From assembly GCF_009914755.1 (NCBI RefSeq), contig NC_060947.1: 64,000 nucleotides of DNA; one strand, written 5' to 3'. Source of the stretch: the human T2T-CHM13v2.0 reference genome, Homo sapiens. Below, one piece after another: positions 1-17,490 of the stretch (position 1 is its first letter; every line of letters begins with the position of its first letter). The notes beneath the pieces were generated by a model, which saw only the letters and a list, made by a program, of their open reading frames with translations, did not search any database and was not told the DNA's origin. The position numbers and the translations under genes are program-made.

Positions 1-1820
1 ATTAATAAATAGTGATGACTTATTGATTGCTGATAAGTACTCTGTTGTATAGATATGCAATGGTTTATTCATTCACCTGTTGATGGACATTTAAGATGTT
101 TCTAATTTTTGGCTATTACAAATAAAGCTGTTATGAACATCCATGAACAAGTTTTGTGTAGATATATGCTTTCATTTGGCTTGGGTAAATTCCTTAGAAT
201 GAAATACCCGAGGCATATAAGTGTATATTTAACTCTTTAACATGTTGCAAAAACTGTTTTCCAAAGTGATTGTACCGTTTTTACATGCTTATCGGTGGTA
301 TATGACTGTTCCAGTCCCTTCACATCCTATCCCACACTTGATATGGAGAGTCATTTTAATTTTAGCCATTCTAACACATGTATAGTGGTATGAAATTGTG
401 GTGTTTAGTTGTAGTTTCATCATGATCAGAAATATTAAACATATTTTCATGTGCTTATTTCTCATCCATGTCTCTTCTTTGGTAAAGTAATTTGCTCTAA
501 TATTTGGTCTTCTTCCATTTGGTTGGTTGTATTTTTATTACTGAGAATATACACATAGTTCTATGTGTATGTTCTGGATAACAGCCCTTTATCATTTACA
601 TGTTGCATTAAAGAAAAGTTTGCCTAACACAAGGTCATAACAGATTTTCATATGTTTTTGACTAGAATTTAAGCTTACATTTAGGTCTGTGGTCTACATT
701 GAGTCAATTTTGGCTTATGTATGAGGTATGGAACAATGTTTTTTTTTTTGAGGGGTTATAAATACCCAATTGTTTCAACACCATTTGTTAAAAAGTCTAT
801 CCTTTCTACCCCGAATTGTCTTCATATCTGTGTTGAAAAATTGGTTGTCCTTATATGGGTATTTTATTTCTGCATTATCTATTTTGTTCCATCATCCATT
901 TTTTTCCTATTTTTATGCAGTATCACACTGTCTTGGTGACTGTTGCTTTATAGTAAGTCTTAATTCTCCAACTCTGTCCTTTTTCAAGATTATATTGGCT
1001 ATTCCAGGCCCTTTGTAATTCCACACAAATGTTAGAATATTCTTGTCTATTCTGCAAAAATCCCATCTGGAATATTGAATGAGATTGCATCAATTCTATA
1101 GTTCAATTTGGGAGAATTGACATGTTAACTATACTGAGTCTTCTGACCAGTGAACATGAAATGTCTCTCAATTTGCTTAGGTCTTCTTTACTTTCTCTCA
1201 GCAGCAGTTTTCAATATATATATATATCTTGAAAATATTATCCCTAAGAATTTCATATTTTTGCTTGCTGTTATAAATTTATTTCAATTTCTTACCACTT
1301 TTACTACTATATATAAATAAAATTGAGTTTTTATATTGATTTTGTATCCTGAAACCTTACTAAACTGACTTCTTAGTTCTAGTTTCTCTTTTATGGATTC
1401 CTTAAGATTTTCTACATACAAAATTCCCGTCTGCAGCAAGATAGTTTTACTTCTTCCTTTCCTATCTGGATGCCTTTTATTTCTTTTACTGGCATAATTG
1501 TCCTGGCTAGAAGGCCCATAGAAGTGGTAGAGTGAACAGCCATGTCTTATTCCTGATCTCAAGGGGAAATGACTTGCTCTTTCAGCAATAAGTATAAGGT
1601 TAGCTGTCAGTTATTCATAGATGTCCATTATCTGGTTAAGTTTCCTTCTGTTCCTAGTTTGATGAGGCCTTTTATCATGAAATGGTGTTAAATTTTATGA
1701 ATGCTTTATTGAGATGATCATATGATTTTTCTGTTTTTAGTTCACATGATGAATTATATTGTCTGTTTTTTAAAAGTTAAGTGAATCTTGTATTTCTGGG
1801 TAAACCCCATTTAGACACAA
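1..1820 (-). mobile_element. Old L1M (L1MB/MC-like) 3' ORF2/3'UTR fragment
   Basis: Degenerate antisense L1 motifs (gatggacatttaagatgtttc, gattttgtatcctgaaacc); ORF 1284..1562 contains [12 protein letters not shown] from the L1 RT region. Confidence 0.8.
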
Positions 1821-1821
1821 T

Positions 1822-1986
1822 GTAGCAATTGTGAATGGGAGTTTACTCATGATTTGGTTCTCTGCTAGTCTATTATAGGTGTATAAGAATGCTTGTGATT
1901 TTTGCATATTGATTTTGTATCCTGAGACTTTGCTGAAGATGTTTATCAGCTTAAGGAGTTTTTGGGCTGCGACAATGGGGTTTTCT
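1822..1986 (-). mobile_element. Short L1PA (PA7/8-like) ORF2 fragment
   Basis: Translates to [29 protein letters not shown]; much less diverged than the flanking L1M. Confidence 0.75.
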
Positions 1987-2012
1987 TTTTTTTTTTCAAA
2001 AGCCTTAAAGAT

Positions 2013-2437
2013 CATTTATGCAGCCAAAAAACACATGAAAAAATGCTCGCCATCACTGGCCATCAGAGAAATGCAAATCAAAACCACAATGAGATACCAT
2101 CTCACACCAGTTAGAATGGTGATCATTGAAAAGTCAGGAAACAACAGGTGCTGGAGAGGATGTGGAGAAATAGGAACACTTTTACACTGTTGGTGGGACT
2201 GTAAACTAGTTCAACCCTTGTGGAAGACAGTCTGGCAATTTCTCAGGGATTTAGAACTAGAAATACCATTTGACCCAGCAATCCCATTACTGGGTATATA
2301 CCCAAAGGACTATAAATTATGCTGCTATAAAGACACATGTACACGTATGTTTACTGCAGCACTATTCACAGTAGCAAAGACTTGGAACCAAGCCAAATGT
2401 CCAACAATGATAGACTGGATTAAGAAAATGTGGCACA
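2013..2437 (+). mobile_element. L1PA4/5-like 3' ORF2 fragment, host of the full-length L1
   Basis: Encodes the L1 ORF2 C-terminal CCHC region ([18 protein letters not shown]); ends at aagaaaatgtggcaca where a new L1 5'UTR begins. Confidence 0.85.
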
Positions 2438-3344
2438 GGGAGGAGGAGCCAAGATGGCCAAATAGGAACAGCTCCAGTCTACAGCTCCCAGCGTGAGCGA
2501 CGCAGAAGACAGGTGATTTCTGCATTTCCATCTGAGGTACCGGGTTCATCTAACTAGGGAGTGCCAGACAGTGGGCACAGGTCAGTGGGTGCGTGCACCG
2601 TGCATGAGCCGAAGCAGGGCGAGGCATTGCCTCACTCGGGAAGCACAAGGGGTCAGGGAGTTCCCTTTCCTAGGCAAAGAAAGGGGTGACAGACGGCACC
2701 TGGAAAATCCGGTCACTCCCACCCGAATACTGTGCTTTCCGACGCGCTTAAAAAACGGCGCACCAGGAGATTATATCCGGCACCTGGCTTGGAGGGTCCT
2801 ACGCCCACGGAGTCTCGCTGATTGCTAGCACAGCAGTCTGAGATCAAACTGCAAGGCAGCAGCGAGGCTGGGAGAGGGGCGCCCGCCATTGCCCAGGCTT
2901 GCTTAGGTTAACAAAGCATCTGGGAAGCTCGAACTGGGTGGAGCCCACCACAGCTCAAGGAGGCCTGCCTGCCTCTGTAGGCTCCACTTCTGGGGGCAGG
3001 GCACAGACAAACAAAAAGACAGCAGTAACCTCTGCAGACTTAAATGTCCCTGTCTGACAGCTTTGAAGAGAGCAGTGGTTCTCCCAGCACGCAGCTGGAG
3101 ATCTGAGAACGGGCAGACTACCTCCTGAAGTGGGTCCCTGACCCCTGATCCCCAAGCAGCCTAACTGGGAGGCACCCCCCAGCAGGGGCAGACTGACACC
3201 TCACACGGCCAGGTACTCCAACAGACCTGCAGCTGAGGGTCTTGTCTGTTAAAAGGAAAACTAACAAACAGAAAGGACATCCACACCAAAAACCCATCTG
3301 TACATCACCATCATCAAAGACCAAAAGTAGATAAAACCACAAAG
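2438..3344 (+). promoter_or_regulatory. L1 5'UTR internal sense/antisense promoter with YY1 site
   Basis: aagatggcc YY1 motif at 2451-2459; many CpGs retained. Confidence 0.85.
2713..2889 (-). pseudogene. L1 ORF0, frameshifted to 58 aa
   Basis: Manual translation gives MAGAPLPASLLPCSLISDCCASNQRDSVGVGPSKPGAGYNLLVRRFLSASESTVFGWE*; leaves the canonical ORF0 frame near codon 51 (gctttccg, one T short of the recalled consensus). Confidence 0.75.
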
Positions 3345-4360
3345 ATGGGGAAAAAACAGAGCAGAAAAACTGGAAACTCTAAAAAGCAGAGCACCTCTCC
3401 TCCTCCAAAGGAACGCAGTTCCTCACAAGCAACAGAACGAAGCTGGACGGAGAATGACTGACGAGCTGAGAGAAGAAGGCTTCAGATGATCAAATTACTC
3501 CGAGCTACGGGAGGACATTCAAACCAAAGGCAAAGACATTGAAAATTTTGAAAAAAAATTTAGAAGAATGTATAACTAGAATAACCAATACAGAGAAGTG
3601 CTTAAAGGAGCTGATGGAGCTGTAAACCAAGGCTCGAGAACTACGTGAAGAATGCAGAAGCTTCAGGAGCCGATGCAATCAACTGGAAGAAAGGGTATCA
3701 GTGATGGAAGATCAAATGAATGAAATGAAGTGAGAAGGGAAGTTTAGAGAAAAAAGAATAAAAAGAAACGAGCAAAGCCTCCAAGAAACATGGGACTATG
3801 TGAAAAGACCAAATTTACATCTGATTGGTGTACCTGAAAGTGACGGGGAGAATGGAACCAACTTGGAAAACACTCTGCAGGATATTATCCAGGAGAACTT
3901 CCCCAATCTAGCAAGGCAGGCCAACATTCAGATTCAGGAAATACAGAGATAGCCACAAAGATACTCCTCGAGAAGAGCAACTCCAAGACACATAATTGTC
4001 AGATTCACCAAAGTTGAAATGAAGGAAAAAATGTTAAGAGCAGCCAGAGAGAAAGGTCGGGTTACCCTCAAAGGGAAGCCCATCAGACTAACAGCAGATC
4101 TCTCAGCAGAAACTCTACAAGCCAGAAGAGAGTGGGGGCCAATATTCAACATTCTTAAAGAAAAGAATTTTCAACCCAAAATTTCATATCCAGCCAAACT
4201 AAGCTTCATAAGTGAAGGAGAAATAAAATCCTTTACAGACAAGTAAATTCTGAGAGATTTTGTCACCACCAGGCCTGTCCTAAAAGAGCTCCTGAAGGAA
4301 GCGCTATACATGGAAAGGAACAACCAGTAGCAGCCGCTGCAAAATCATGCCAAAATGTAA
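3345..4360 (+). pseudogene. L1 ORF1p, disrupted
   Basis: ORF 4019..4246 (KMLRAAREKGRVTLKGKPIRLTADLS...YPAKLSF) is ORF1p; indels near 3458 and 3550; premature stops at ~3731, 4244 and 4328. Confidence 0.92.
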
Positions 4361-4423
4361 AGACCATCGAGACTAGGAAGAAACTGCATCAACAAACGAG
4401 CAAAATAAGCAGCTAACATCATA

Positions 4424-8252
<3,829 letters not shown>

Positions 8253-8530
8253 ACAATGAGAACACATGGACACAGGAGGTGGAACATCACACATTGGGGA
8301 CTGTTGTGGGGTGGGGGGTGGGGGGAGGGATAGCATTAGGAGATATACCTAATGCTAAATGATGAGTTAATGGGTGCAGCACACCAACATGGCACATGTA
8401 TACATATGTAACAAACCTGCACATTGTGCACATGTACCCTAAAACTTAAAGTATAATAATAATAAAATTAAAAAATAATAATAATACAGAAGGATAAAAA
8501 AAGAAAAATTAAAAAAAAAGAAAAAAACCC

Positions 8531-8900
8531 AAATATTTATTGAGCAGTACCTGTATGAAGCACTGTTATAAGTGCTTGGATACATCAATGAACAATGATC
8601 AAAGATCAATGAACATCAATAAACAAAGATCCCTGTACTCACAGAGCTTACATTCTAATGTGGAAGGAGAGACAATCAACACCATGAACAACAAGTAAAT
8701 CATACAGTGGCTTTCTATAGGGAAAGTCAAAGCTGAGTAAGGGGAAAGGGTGAGTATGTGTTTGAGGCAAATGCAACTTAAAATGGGGTGGTCAGAGTTG
8801 GCCTTTTTGAGACAGTGACATTTGAGCAAAGGCTTGAAAGAGGTAAGAGATAGCCATGAGGATATCTAAGGAAGTGCTTCCCAGCCACATGGAAGAGTCA
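8531..8900 (-). mobile_element. L2 3' end
   Basis: aaatatttattgagc...gagcttacattcta...gtgacatttgagcaaaggcttgaa matches antisense L2. Confidence 0.75.
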
Positions 8901-10119
8901 AATATCACATCTTATTTCACTTAACCATATCTATGTTAGACTTTCAGTTTTTGTATTTTCTCCTTATTTACTATACGGCCTGTTTTCTTAGTTTAGTTTT
9001 GAATCTTCTGATAATCTGGAAGGTTTATCTTTTTTTCTACTTGTTACATTTATTACCACAATTTTATTGGATGCCTAATTACGGATTTCTTTATAAAGTA
9101 GCCACTGACTGGCAACGATGAGTAATGATAGGAAAAATCACTATCCAATTTTGTTGACTATCTTGTTTTTCTGACGATGTTATTATATACTTATGTATCT
9201 ACTAGTTAACTTGGCAGATTTTTTCATCCCCAGCCATAAAAGAAGAAATCCCCTTTCTAGTCCCAATTTTTGATAGTTATATTATGCCTATGTTAAGTGT
9301 CAGCATAATACTTATATTTGTTTTCTGTTTAACCATAGTATATATGTTTGTTTTAGTCTTAGTCCTATAGTTAAGTTGATTTAATACTTACCATTGGCAC
9401 TTTTGCACTACAGACTCCATTCATTTCTTGGTGGCCTAAAATTTATGCTTTTCCTAGAAAGGCTCAGGAGGACTCTATTTCTCAAGTTCCTGCCTGGCAA
9501 AAATGTGTGAAAAATATGATACATTTTCAGTGCTGGAAGAAGGGAAAGGATTAGTTATACATATTGAGTAGGCAAATACCATCTTCAAGGTTTGTGACTA
9601 TCTTTGAGAATGATCAAGTTACATTTTAATAACTATATTTCTCAATGAACCCCTGGCTAATCAATGATATGAATCCTGCTTTTGGCTTGCCATTTAGCCC
9701 TTTACAGAGCTTGCAAATGCTTTGGAGGCTAAAGTGAAAAAAGGAACTCAAATGAAAAGTCTTAATATTAAAAGGCAGAACATTTACTAACTTCATTATG
9801 TAAATTAGTATCAAATAACCAACATTAAAATAATAGTTAAATTGTGTTCCCATACCTTAGAATACTAAATGATTATTAATGATTATGCTTTTAGAATGTA
9901 TTAATACAGGAAAACACTAATGCTATGATGATAATTTTTTAAGCGGGATTCAAAATTATATAATTGTTAGCAGTTAAATAAGGTCTGGGATGGGATTATT
10001 TGTTGGTATTATAATTAATTCTGTCCTGCTATAGCCTTCCCTCCTGCATTTATTACTTTTATAAACAAGAGAAAACTACCTCTTCTTCAATTATAAAACA
10101 AGTATCACAGACATTAATA

Positions 10120-10205
10120 TTTGTAAAGTGCTCTGAACAGTGTCTGGCACATAGAAATAGTACAATAGAAAGTTGTTTGTTGAACAAAAAATAATGAATT
10201 AATTC
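10120..10205 (+). mobile_element. L2/MIR 3' tail fragment
   Basis: gtaaagtgctctgaacagtgtctggcacatag...tttgttgaac motif. Confidence 0.6.
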
Positions 10206-10409
10206 ATCTATATATGTATCTTGGCGATTACAGAACATAATTAAAGGTAACTTAAAATAAGTCAATGCTCCTCTAGACTCCTTTGGGTCTACATTTTATA
10301 CATTTTGCAAAATGTATAAAACCATAAAACCAGAACTTCTACAGCCTCTAATCAAGGAATGCTCTTCCATCTCTAATGAGGTTTATCCTTTCATCTCCTG
10401 CTTCTCTGC

Positions 10410-10780
10410 TTTGTACACTTCTCACATATACTCCTCTATACTCTCTATACTCTCCTCTATACTCTATACTGTCCTCTGTACTCCTCTATACTCTCCCCTT
10501 CTTTTCTTTCTCTCCTGCAGAACCTACTCCAGCTTCTCCCAGGCCAGGTCCCAAGTGGGATCTGGCCCCAACCCTCCCAGTGCAGCCCATTCTATTAACC
10601 CCCTCCTTTCTGGCCACTCAGGCCTTTCACTATCCCCTAGAGGACCCACATTCATCACTCCCTTAACAACCCCACCTCTGCTGGTCCCCTCATTTCCTCC
10701 CTCCTCTTTTTCTTCTCTTCTTTGTCACATCACTACCCCTCTCAACCATTCCATACTCCTCCTCTTTCACCTCTTTCTAA
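10410..10780. repeat. (TATACTC/CTC)n degenerate simple repeat and CT-rich low complexity
   Basis: Repeated tatactcc/tctatac units at 10427-10495, then a pyrimidine-rich tract. Confidence 0.75.
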
Positions 10781-11580
10781 AGGTGGGACCCAGGGCCTCA
10801 TTATGATTTTCATAAAATCTATGCAGCTTTACATTCCTAGGCTCTTTCCACTATGACATCCATATATACATATATAAATAATATTTACATCTGCATTGGT
10901 ATAAGACATATACAATCCAGGCTGGCTTTACTATTACACATACATTATTATATTCATTTTTCTTCTGATTTTAAAATACATTTTAAAAATTGGAGTGCTC
11001 TAAAATGTAAATTAGGCTTTAGGCATGGTGCATACTATGCTCAGTGGATAAGTCTGGCTTGCTGAGACCTCCCAGCGAAATCCTCCACCTGGCACTTGAA
11101 TACCTTCAGAAGGAACACAATATTTAAAATCTGTAGTAATTTTATCTTGGAATGAACAAACATGGGGAAATAAAGCTTAAAAATAATGTAAGGAAATCCA
11201 TTTCCATTAAAGATGAGAACATTCCAGAAACAAAAATGCATACGTTAACCTCACTTTACAGCAGTACATGGTGCAGTCTGTGGCAGGCCTTAGGAAAAAT
11301 GGTTTTAACCCATGACTCACTGAACAGCAATAAAGAAACTATGTTTTGAGTAGATCACTATATAACATAAAATATAAAAGCCTACAAACAAGGTAACTAA
11401 CATTAAATGTGAATTTGCTATAAATGTTTATTTTTATACTAGCAGCTTCACTAATCAAGTGTATTTTAGATAATATAACCTGTTGCATTTCTATAACGAA
11501 GAGATGAAGGCACTGCTAGTGCAAGCATAATGAAACCCATTTATCTCAATGAGAAGGCTAGGAAAAGGATGCTATCTCAC

Positions 11581-11586
11581 TTTATT
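11581..11586 (-). terminator. Candidate poly(A) signal for NAP1L6P (another at 11427-11432)
   Basis: AATAAA on the minus strand 0.3-0.5 kb downstream of the ancestral stop. Confidence 0.4.
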
Positions 11587-12439
11587 TTACAAACCCAAAC
11601 ATAGATCTTAGTTACAAGTTCTGGTAATTTTCCATAGATGCAGACTAGTAGCAACCTGACAAAAGCCATGGATTCACAATAGTAAGGTCTTCACATACGT
11701 TGAGAATTCACTGCCTAATAAAATTGTTGACAAAGTTTACACCACTGGAGTGCTAGATGAAATGCATTGTTAAATATATTTGGACATAATTTTAAACTGA
11801 GACTACCAAGAAGAGACACGTTAAGACTGTAAGTAACGAATGATTAAGTTTTGGTTATTGTAAAAGCCAGTTGTTAACCTGGAGGCCCACATACTCCAAC
11901 CATTCTGCTTCAACAATCATTGACTTCTGCCTGGGAGTTTCGGTTTTGGCCTTTAGCACCATAAACTGCAGTCACCCAATTCTCCTGAGTCATTCTGTCA
12001 TAAACCGGATTATTACATTCCCTGATCATCGTATCTTGCTCTGCCTCAAGGGCTTCTCCTGTAAAGTGTAACACAGCTCTTGGGATGACAAAAGTGTGCA
12101 AGGTGTGAGCGATGAAGAAGTCTTCCTCATCCTCATTAGCATCTAGGCCCCACTGGAGAGCATTGAAGAAGGGACTCTTGGGGAAATTCCTGAGTGGCGG
12201 TACACATCAGCCCCCAAAAACTGTGTCTCTCTTCAGGACCGTTTGCACAGTGACGTTCTTTCCCTTCTTCCATTCTATCATGCTGCCAAAGCAACGCTCT
12301 ACCGCAGATCCCCTGAAGGGGTGGGGGTCAGACTAATCGAGCTTAGACTTGAGGATGTATGTTTCTTTCGGTCAGCACCTCATTTGTGAAGTAGTCGTTG
12401 GGTTCAGAGTGAAATTCCAGCGTAAAAGTGAGTGGCTAG

Positions 12440-12818
<379 letters not shown>

Positions 12819-13089
12819 TCGTCATATTTCTTAATCAGCGGGGCAACCTCCTGGGCATTCTATAAAGCCGTGAGCCAGAAATCGGGGATCCCTGTAGGAT
12901 TATCTTTTTCTCCGTCCACATTATGTCCCTCGATTCCTTCATACTCCCCAAACACCTCCCCGACATCCTCGAAATCCTCCTCACGATCCTCCACCAAGTC
13001 CTCATACTCCGGATTCTCCTCTGCACCATACATCTGAGCATTAGAATCACCGGCCACCTCATTATACTCATAGTCCTCAACCTTGGACT

Positions 13090-13413
13090 TCACCTCTCAC
13101 ACTCCTCTTTCGTGGGCTCATACAGTGCATTGGTGATCTGCCGTCTCTTTTCCAATAAGGGTCCATAGATGGTGGCAAACTTCCTCTCGACAGAATGAAA
13201 TTCCCTCAGGTACTTGGCCTCTAGCACGGCACATTTGGCCTGAAGCTTTTTGAGAGTGTACACTCGGTACTTAACCACCAGAGGCAGGCTCTCAATAAAA
13301 TCTGCGTCTGAGGAGTACTCCATCAAAGACTGCGGAGAGGCTGTGGCTGCCACAGCGCCGAGTAATGGGCCCATTTCACCGGCTGTGCTGTGTTCTCCGA
13401 GCCCTTCCATCAT
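13090..13413 (-). CDS. NAP1L6: Putative nucleosome assembly protein 1-like 6, 107 aa (N-terminal NAP fragment)
   Basis: MMEGLGEHS...DFIESLPLVVKYRVYTLKKLQAKCAVLEAKYLREFHSVERKFATIYGPLLEKRRQITNALYEPTKEECER corresponds to the NAP1 N-terminal/dimerization helices and matches my recollection of human NAP1L6. Translation is not demonstrable from sequence. Confidence 0.6.
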   Translation of the reverse strand: MMEGLGEHSTAGEMGPLLGAVAATASPQSLMEYSSDADFIESLPLVVKYRVYTLKKLQAKCAVLEAKYLREFHSVERKFATIYGPLLEKRRQITNALYEPTKEECER

Positions 13414-13950
13414 TAGCTTTTTGGCAGGGAAACACTCACCGAACTGTAGGCGATGGCTTGGCCCGGGCCGCCGGCACCTGGGGGTGCTAAGACGGAGGCG
13501 GAACGAAGCAGCTACAGCTGCTGTGGAAGCTGGCCTGGGGTGGCGGAAGCCGTGGAAGGCAAGAGTAGCGGGCTAAAGGGCTTTCCCCACTAGCTGCCAT
13601 GGCAAAAGGAGGAGGTTCCACAATCCGATTGCGCAGAAGATGACTCTCTAAACTCTTTTTTGCTTAAGAGCTCACCCTATTTGCTGAGTAGCTGTGATTG
13701 ACAAACCGTCGTCCAATAAATGATTAGATCCATCACATTACTAGTGCCACTCACCTTCCTGGCGGTAGCAGCTCCCAAAGTTTCTAGACGGGAGGGGCTT
13801 ACTGCAAATCATCTGGTCGGGGAGAAGCGGTCGGAAACTGTTTTAAGCCTGAGAAAACTTTAATGTAGAAGAGCAAAGAAATGAGGCGAGAGGTGTTTTT
13901 ATAGGCCAGAAACGTGACTCAAAGCCTTATATTTAAATACGCGAACAAAA
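13414..13950 (-). promoter_or_regulatory. CpG-rich 5'UTR/promoter of NAP1L6P
   Basis: GC/CpG-rich segment in AT-rich surroundings; CCAAT ~13713; X-box-like gctgccatggcaaa at 13593-13606; kappaB-like gggctttccc at 13578-13587. Confidence 0.6.
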
Positions 13951-15050
13951 AAGAAAAGGGGGAAAAACATCAAAATATTAGCCGTGAAGAGCTTTAGATG
14001 ATGTGACTCCCCATTAACCTTTTATTTTCTAATTTTGGCTTTTCAAAATCTCTATGAAGGGCGTGCATTCACTTTAGATTGGTTCAACCCTGTTAGTATT
14101 TACTGGGGTGCAGGGGGATGAGATGGCATGGCAATGGAGGGAAAGGAAGGCTTATGGTGACCAGTGCCCACAGTCATATGTATGACAAGTTCACACTTGA
14201 CATCTGGGTTATCAATAACCCAGAGCACTGCTGCTGAATTGCCAATTACCCTTTCTCAATGCTGGCTCTTTTGGAGGCAAAATGGAAAGGATGCTCATAT
14301 GTCAAGTGATGTTACTGAAAAGCAAACCATTTGTCTTGAAATTCTGAATAAATTGGAAATACTTGATGACCCAGCACTAGAGAATAGATGAAAGACATAA
14401 TATGATGTATTCAGAACAGGGAATACCATGTGACATTAAAATTACCTATACTAGGGAAAACAGGTTTTTATTTTTTGGTGATATTTCAATATAGATCACC
14501 TATAATTTAAAGATTTCAATTTTTAAAAAGGGTTTGTTATTATATTACAGATATAAAGCGTTTTTTAAAATAACAGTTTAGTGTAACAATCACATAAATA
14601 CAGTTAGGGTTTTAGTGTATTTGTTTCCAGGTTTTTAGATGTGTGTGTGTGTGTGTTAGTTTTAGAAAATTATAAATGTATTATTGGTTCAGTGTTTCTC
14701 ACTCTACCTCAGGGCCACCCTATTAGATGACGGGTTTCTAGGGACTGGTGATTGGTTGTTTTCTTATGTTAGATGTGGTGCCTTTGCCACTTTCAGCAGA
14801 TCCAGATTTCCACTTAATAAAACCCCTAGATGATAATGACAAAGAAGAGGGGAAGAGAAGAAATGGGAGTAGAAAGAGGACAGGGGTGAAATTCTTCCCA
14901 CTAGGCTGAAAGGCTCGTGTTAGGGAGTCGCAACTGATAGGTCCTGAAGGCTGTCTTGTGTGGAGAATGGACAGAAGAGCTTAAATAGAATATAAAGAAA
15001 AGATGTTGTTTTCCTCAGTAAATATCCTATCAATGTTTAACCACTCCTAT

Positions 15051-15085
15051 TGTGTGTGTGTGTGTGTGTGTGTGTACTGTGTGTG
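15051..15085. repeat. (TG)n microsatellite (a shorter one at ~14640-14656)
   Basis: Directly visible. Confidence 0.9.
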
Positions 15086-15844
15086 CTTTATTAAAACACA
15101 TCTCATTTAAAATACACTGAAAGCAGAAAACTCAAATAATACGTGAAGTTTCAGTAAAGGTTCAGGTACATGCCTCAGTCCCATAGTTCCATAGTCATAG
15201 GTCCTAAATTGCTTTGTTTTCTTTTTTTAAATTCTATAATTACAAAACCTTTTTTCTTTTTCTAATAATAAATATAATACAAGCTTACTTTCAAAAATTT
15301 GGAAAATGAAGGATTTATAGTGAATAACAGAAACCACTAGCAGTCTCACCATCCTGAGAGAATTAGTGTGATCGTATCAGTACATTTTCTTCTTCTTTAT
15401 GTGTGTACAACAAATGCACAACTTAAAAAATTAAGATCATTGTATTGACTTTTCCATACCTGCCCTCTTAGGTTCCTATCATGAGCATCTTCCTATGTCA
15501 ATAAATGGTCTTCAAAATTATTATGTAAAATATTATTTATTGATAGTTAAGTGACTTAGTTTAATAAATAATAAATGAATAAAAAATAAAGGATAGGTTC
15601 ATTTAGATGAATTCGAATTTGTAAATTTCTTTTTATAGTCATACAAGCAGTCTTCAAACCAAAAGTGATTACGTTAAATGAAATGTTGCCAAGGAGAACT
15701 AAGCAATATACACTAGGATCCCAATTCTGTTTTTTTTTTAAATCTCTCTTTTGATCTAGTTGTACACCTGTCAACCTACCATCCTACACGCACACACACA
15801 CAAGCACACACACACCCTAATTTGCATAGACAAAGTTTAAAAGG

Positions 15845-16384
15845 TGACAAAGACACTCTCCTTGACTGAACTTTAGACAGGCTCTTCTAAGCCCTCTTTT
15901 CAACTAAGCCTCCTCCATGGGCCTTGTCCTCCAGCTTGCCTAGTCCAGTTTTACCAAGAATCCTGCTAAGCTAGTTTAGACAGGATCTTCCCAATCTTGA
16001 TATATGATCACCCTCCAAATCTGATCAAATTCCTCATCCCTCACCATCCCCTGAGTGATACAGGATCATCTTGGCCTGCCTTCTGCAAGAATCATATTAG
16101 GTCAGTTCAGCAAGAATCCTCCCTACCCTTTATGTCTCTTCTTAGTAATTTTCCACCCACCAAGCAATGCACACCATCCCACCTTCCTACCCCTCTAACT
16201 CTTCACCTCCCAACCCCACCCTCACCTGCTGCTTTGCTACAAATCCCCACTTGTTCTTACTGTTCGTGGAGTTGAAGCCCATCTCTCTCCCCATTGTGAT
16301 AGTCTAGATACCATCTATCACAATAGTCCTTAATAAAGTATTCCTGACTGTTTCATTGGTATCAGAACATTTTTTTCTTTAACA
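15845..16384 (+). mobile_element. MER31-type ERV1 solo LTR
   Basis: Starts TGACAAAGACACTCTCCTTGAC...CTTTAGACAGGCTC; AATAAA ~16333; ends tttctttaaCA. Confidence 0.75.
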
Positions 16385-16828
16385 ATGTTTAAATACCATA
16401 AAGCCATATAGCCAGTTGTTATATCTGGAGTTGTGGAATTTGGGATAATTTCAATGCTTTTTTCTTATGTACATTTGCCAGTATTTCCTATCTATTTTTA
16501 TAAGTCTATTCATGAGCTGTATAATTAGAAACCATAAATGAATAAATGAATGAGAATGAGAGGAGAAGAGAGAAGCCCCAGCCTTTCCAATAGTAAATAA
16601 CTCACCTCCCTTCAGAAGGAGCCCAATTGACAAGAGAGATACAGAAAGGAGTCGGGTCACAGGAAAAAAGATTCAATACTTTCAGTGTCCTCTGTCCACC
16701 AGCAGGTCCCACTTAGCTTACATTTTTTTCTTTGAGTACATGGTTTGCACACCCCAGGCGTTTCAAAACACTCAGCTGCTGTCATCCAATTTCTAGGTTC
16801 TCTAGAGAAACAGAACCAATAGGATATA

Positions 16829-17490
<662 letters not shown>

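Noticed and set aside
1879-2496. 205-aa ORF
   Set aside because: Accidental read-through of antisense L1, filler, sense L1 ORF2 and an L1 5'UTR; no promoter or gene context.
8453-8527. tacagaaggat within the L1 A-tail as a 3' transduction
   Set aside because: Too short to distinguish from poly(A) decay.
10312-10806. 164-aa S/L/P-rich ORF
   Set aside because: Lies in CT-rich low-complexity sequence that is naturally poor in stop codons.
12860-13093. GTGA stop/start overlap suggesting a coupled second ORF (77 aa, acidic)
   Set aside because: It is the ancestral NAP frame exposed by the 2-nt frameshift and ends at a K-to-TAG mutation; nothing supports reinitiation.
12835-13576. Alternative-frame and antisense ORFs over NAP1L6P (81, 81 and 108 aa)
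   Set aside because: Expected by-products of GC-rich coding sequence; no recognisable domains.
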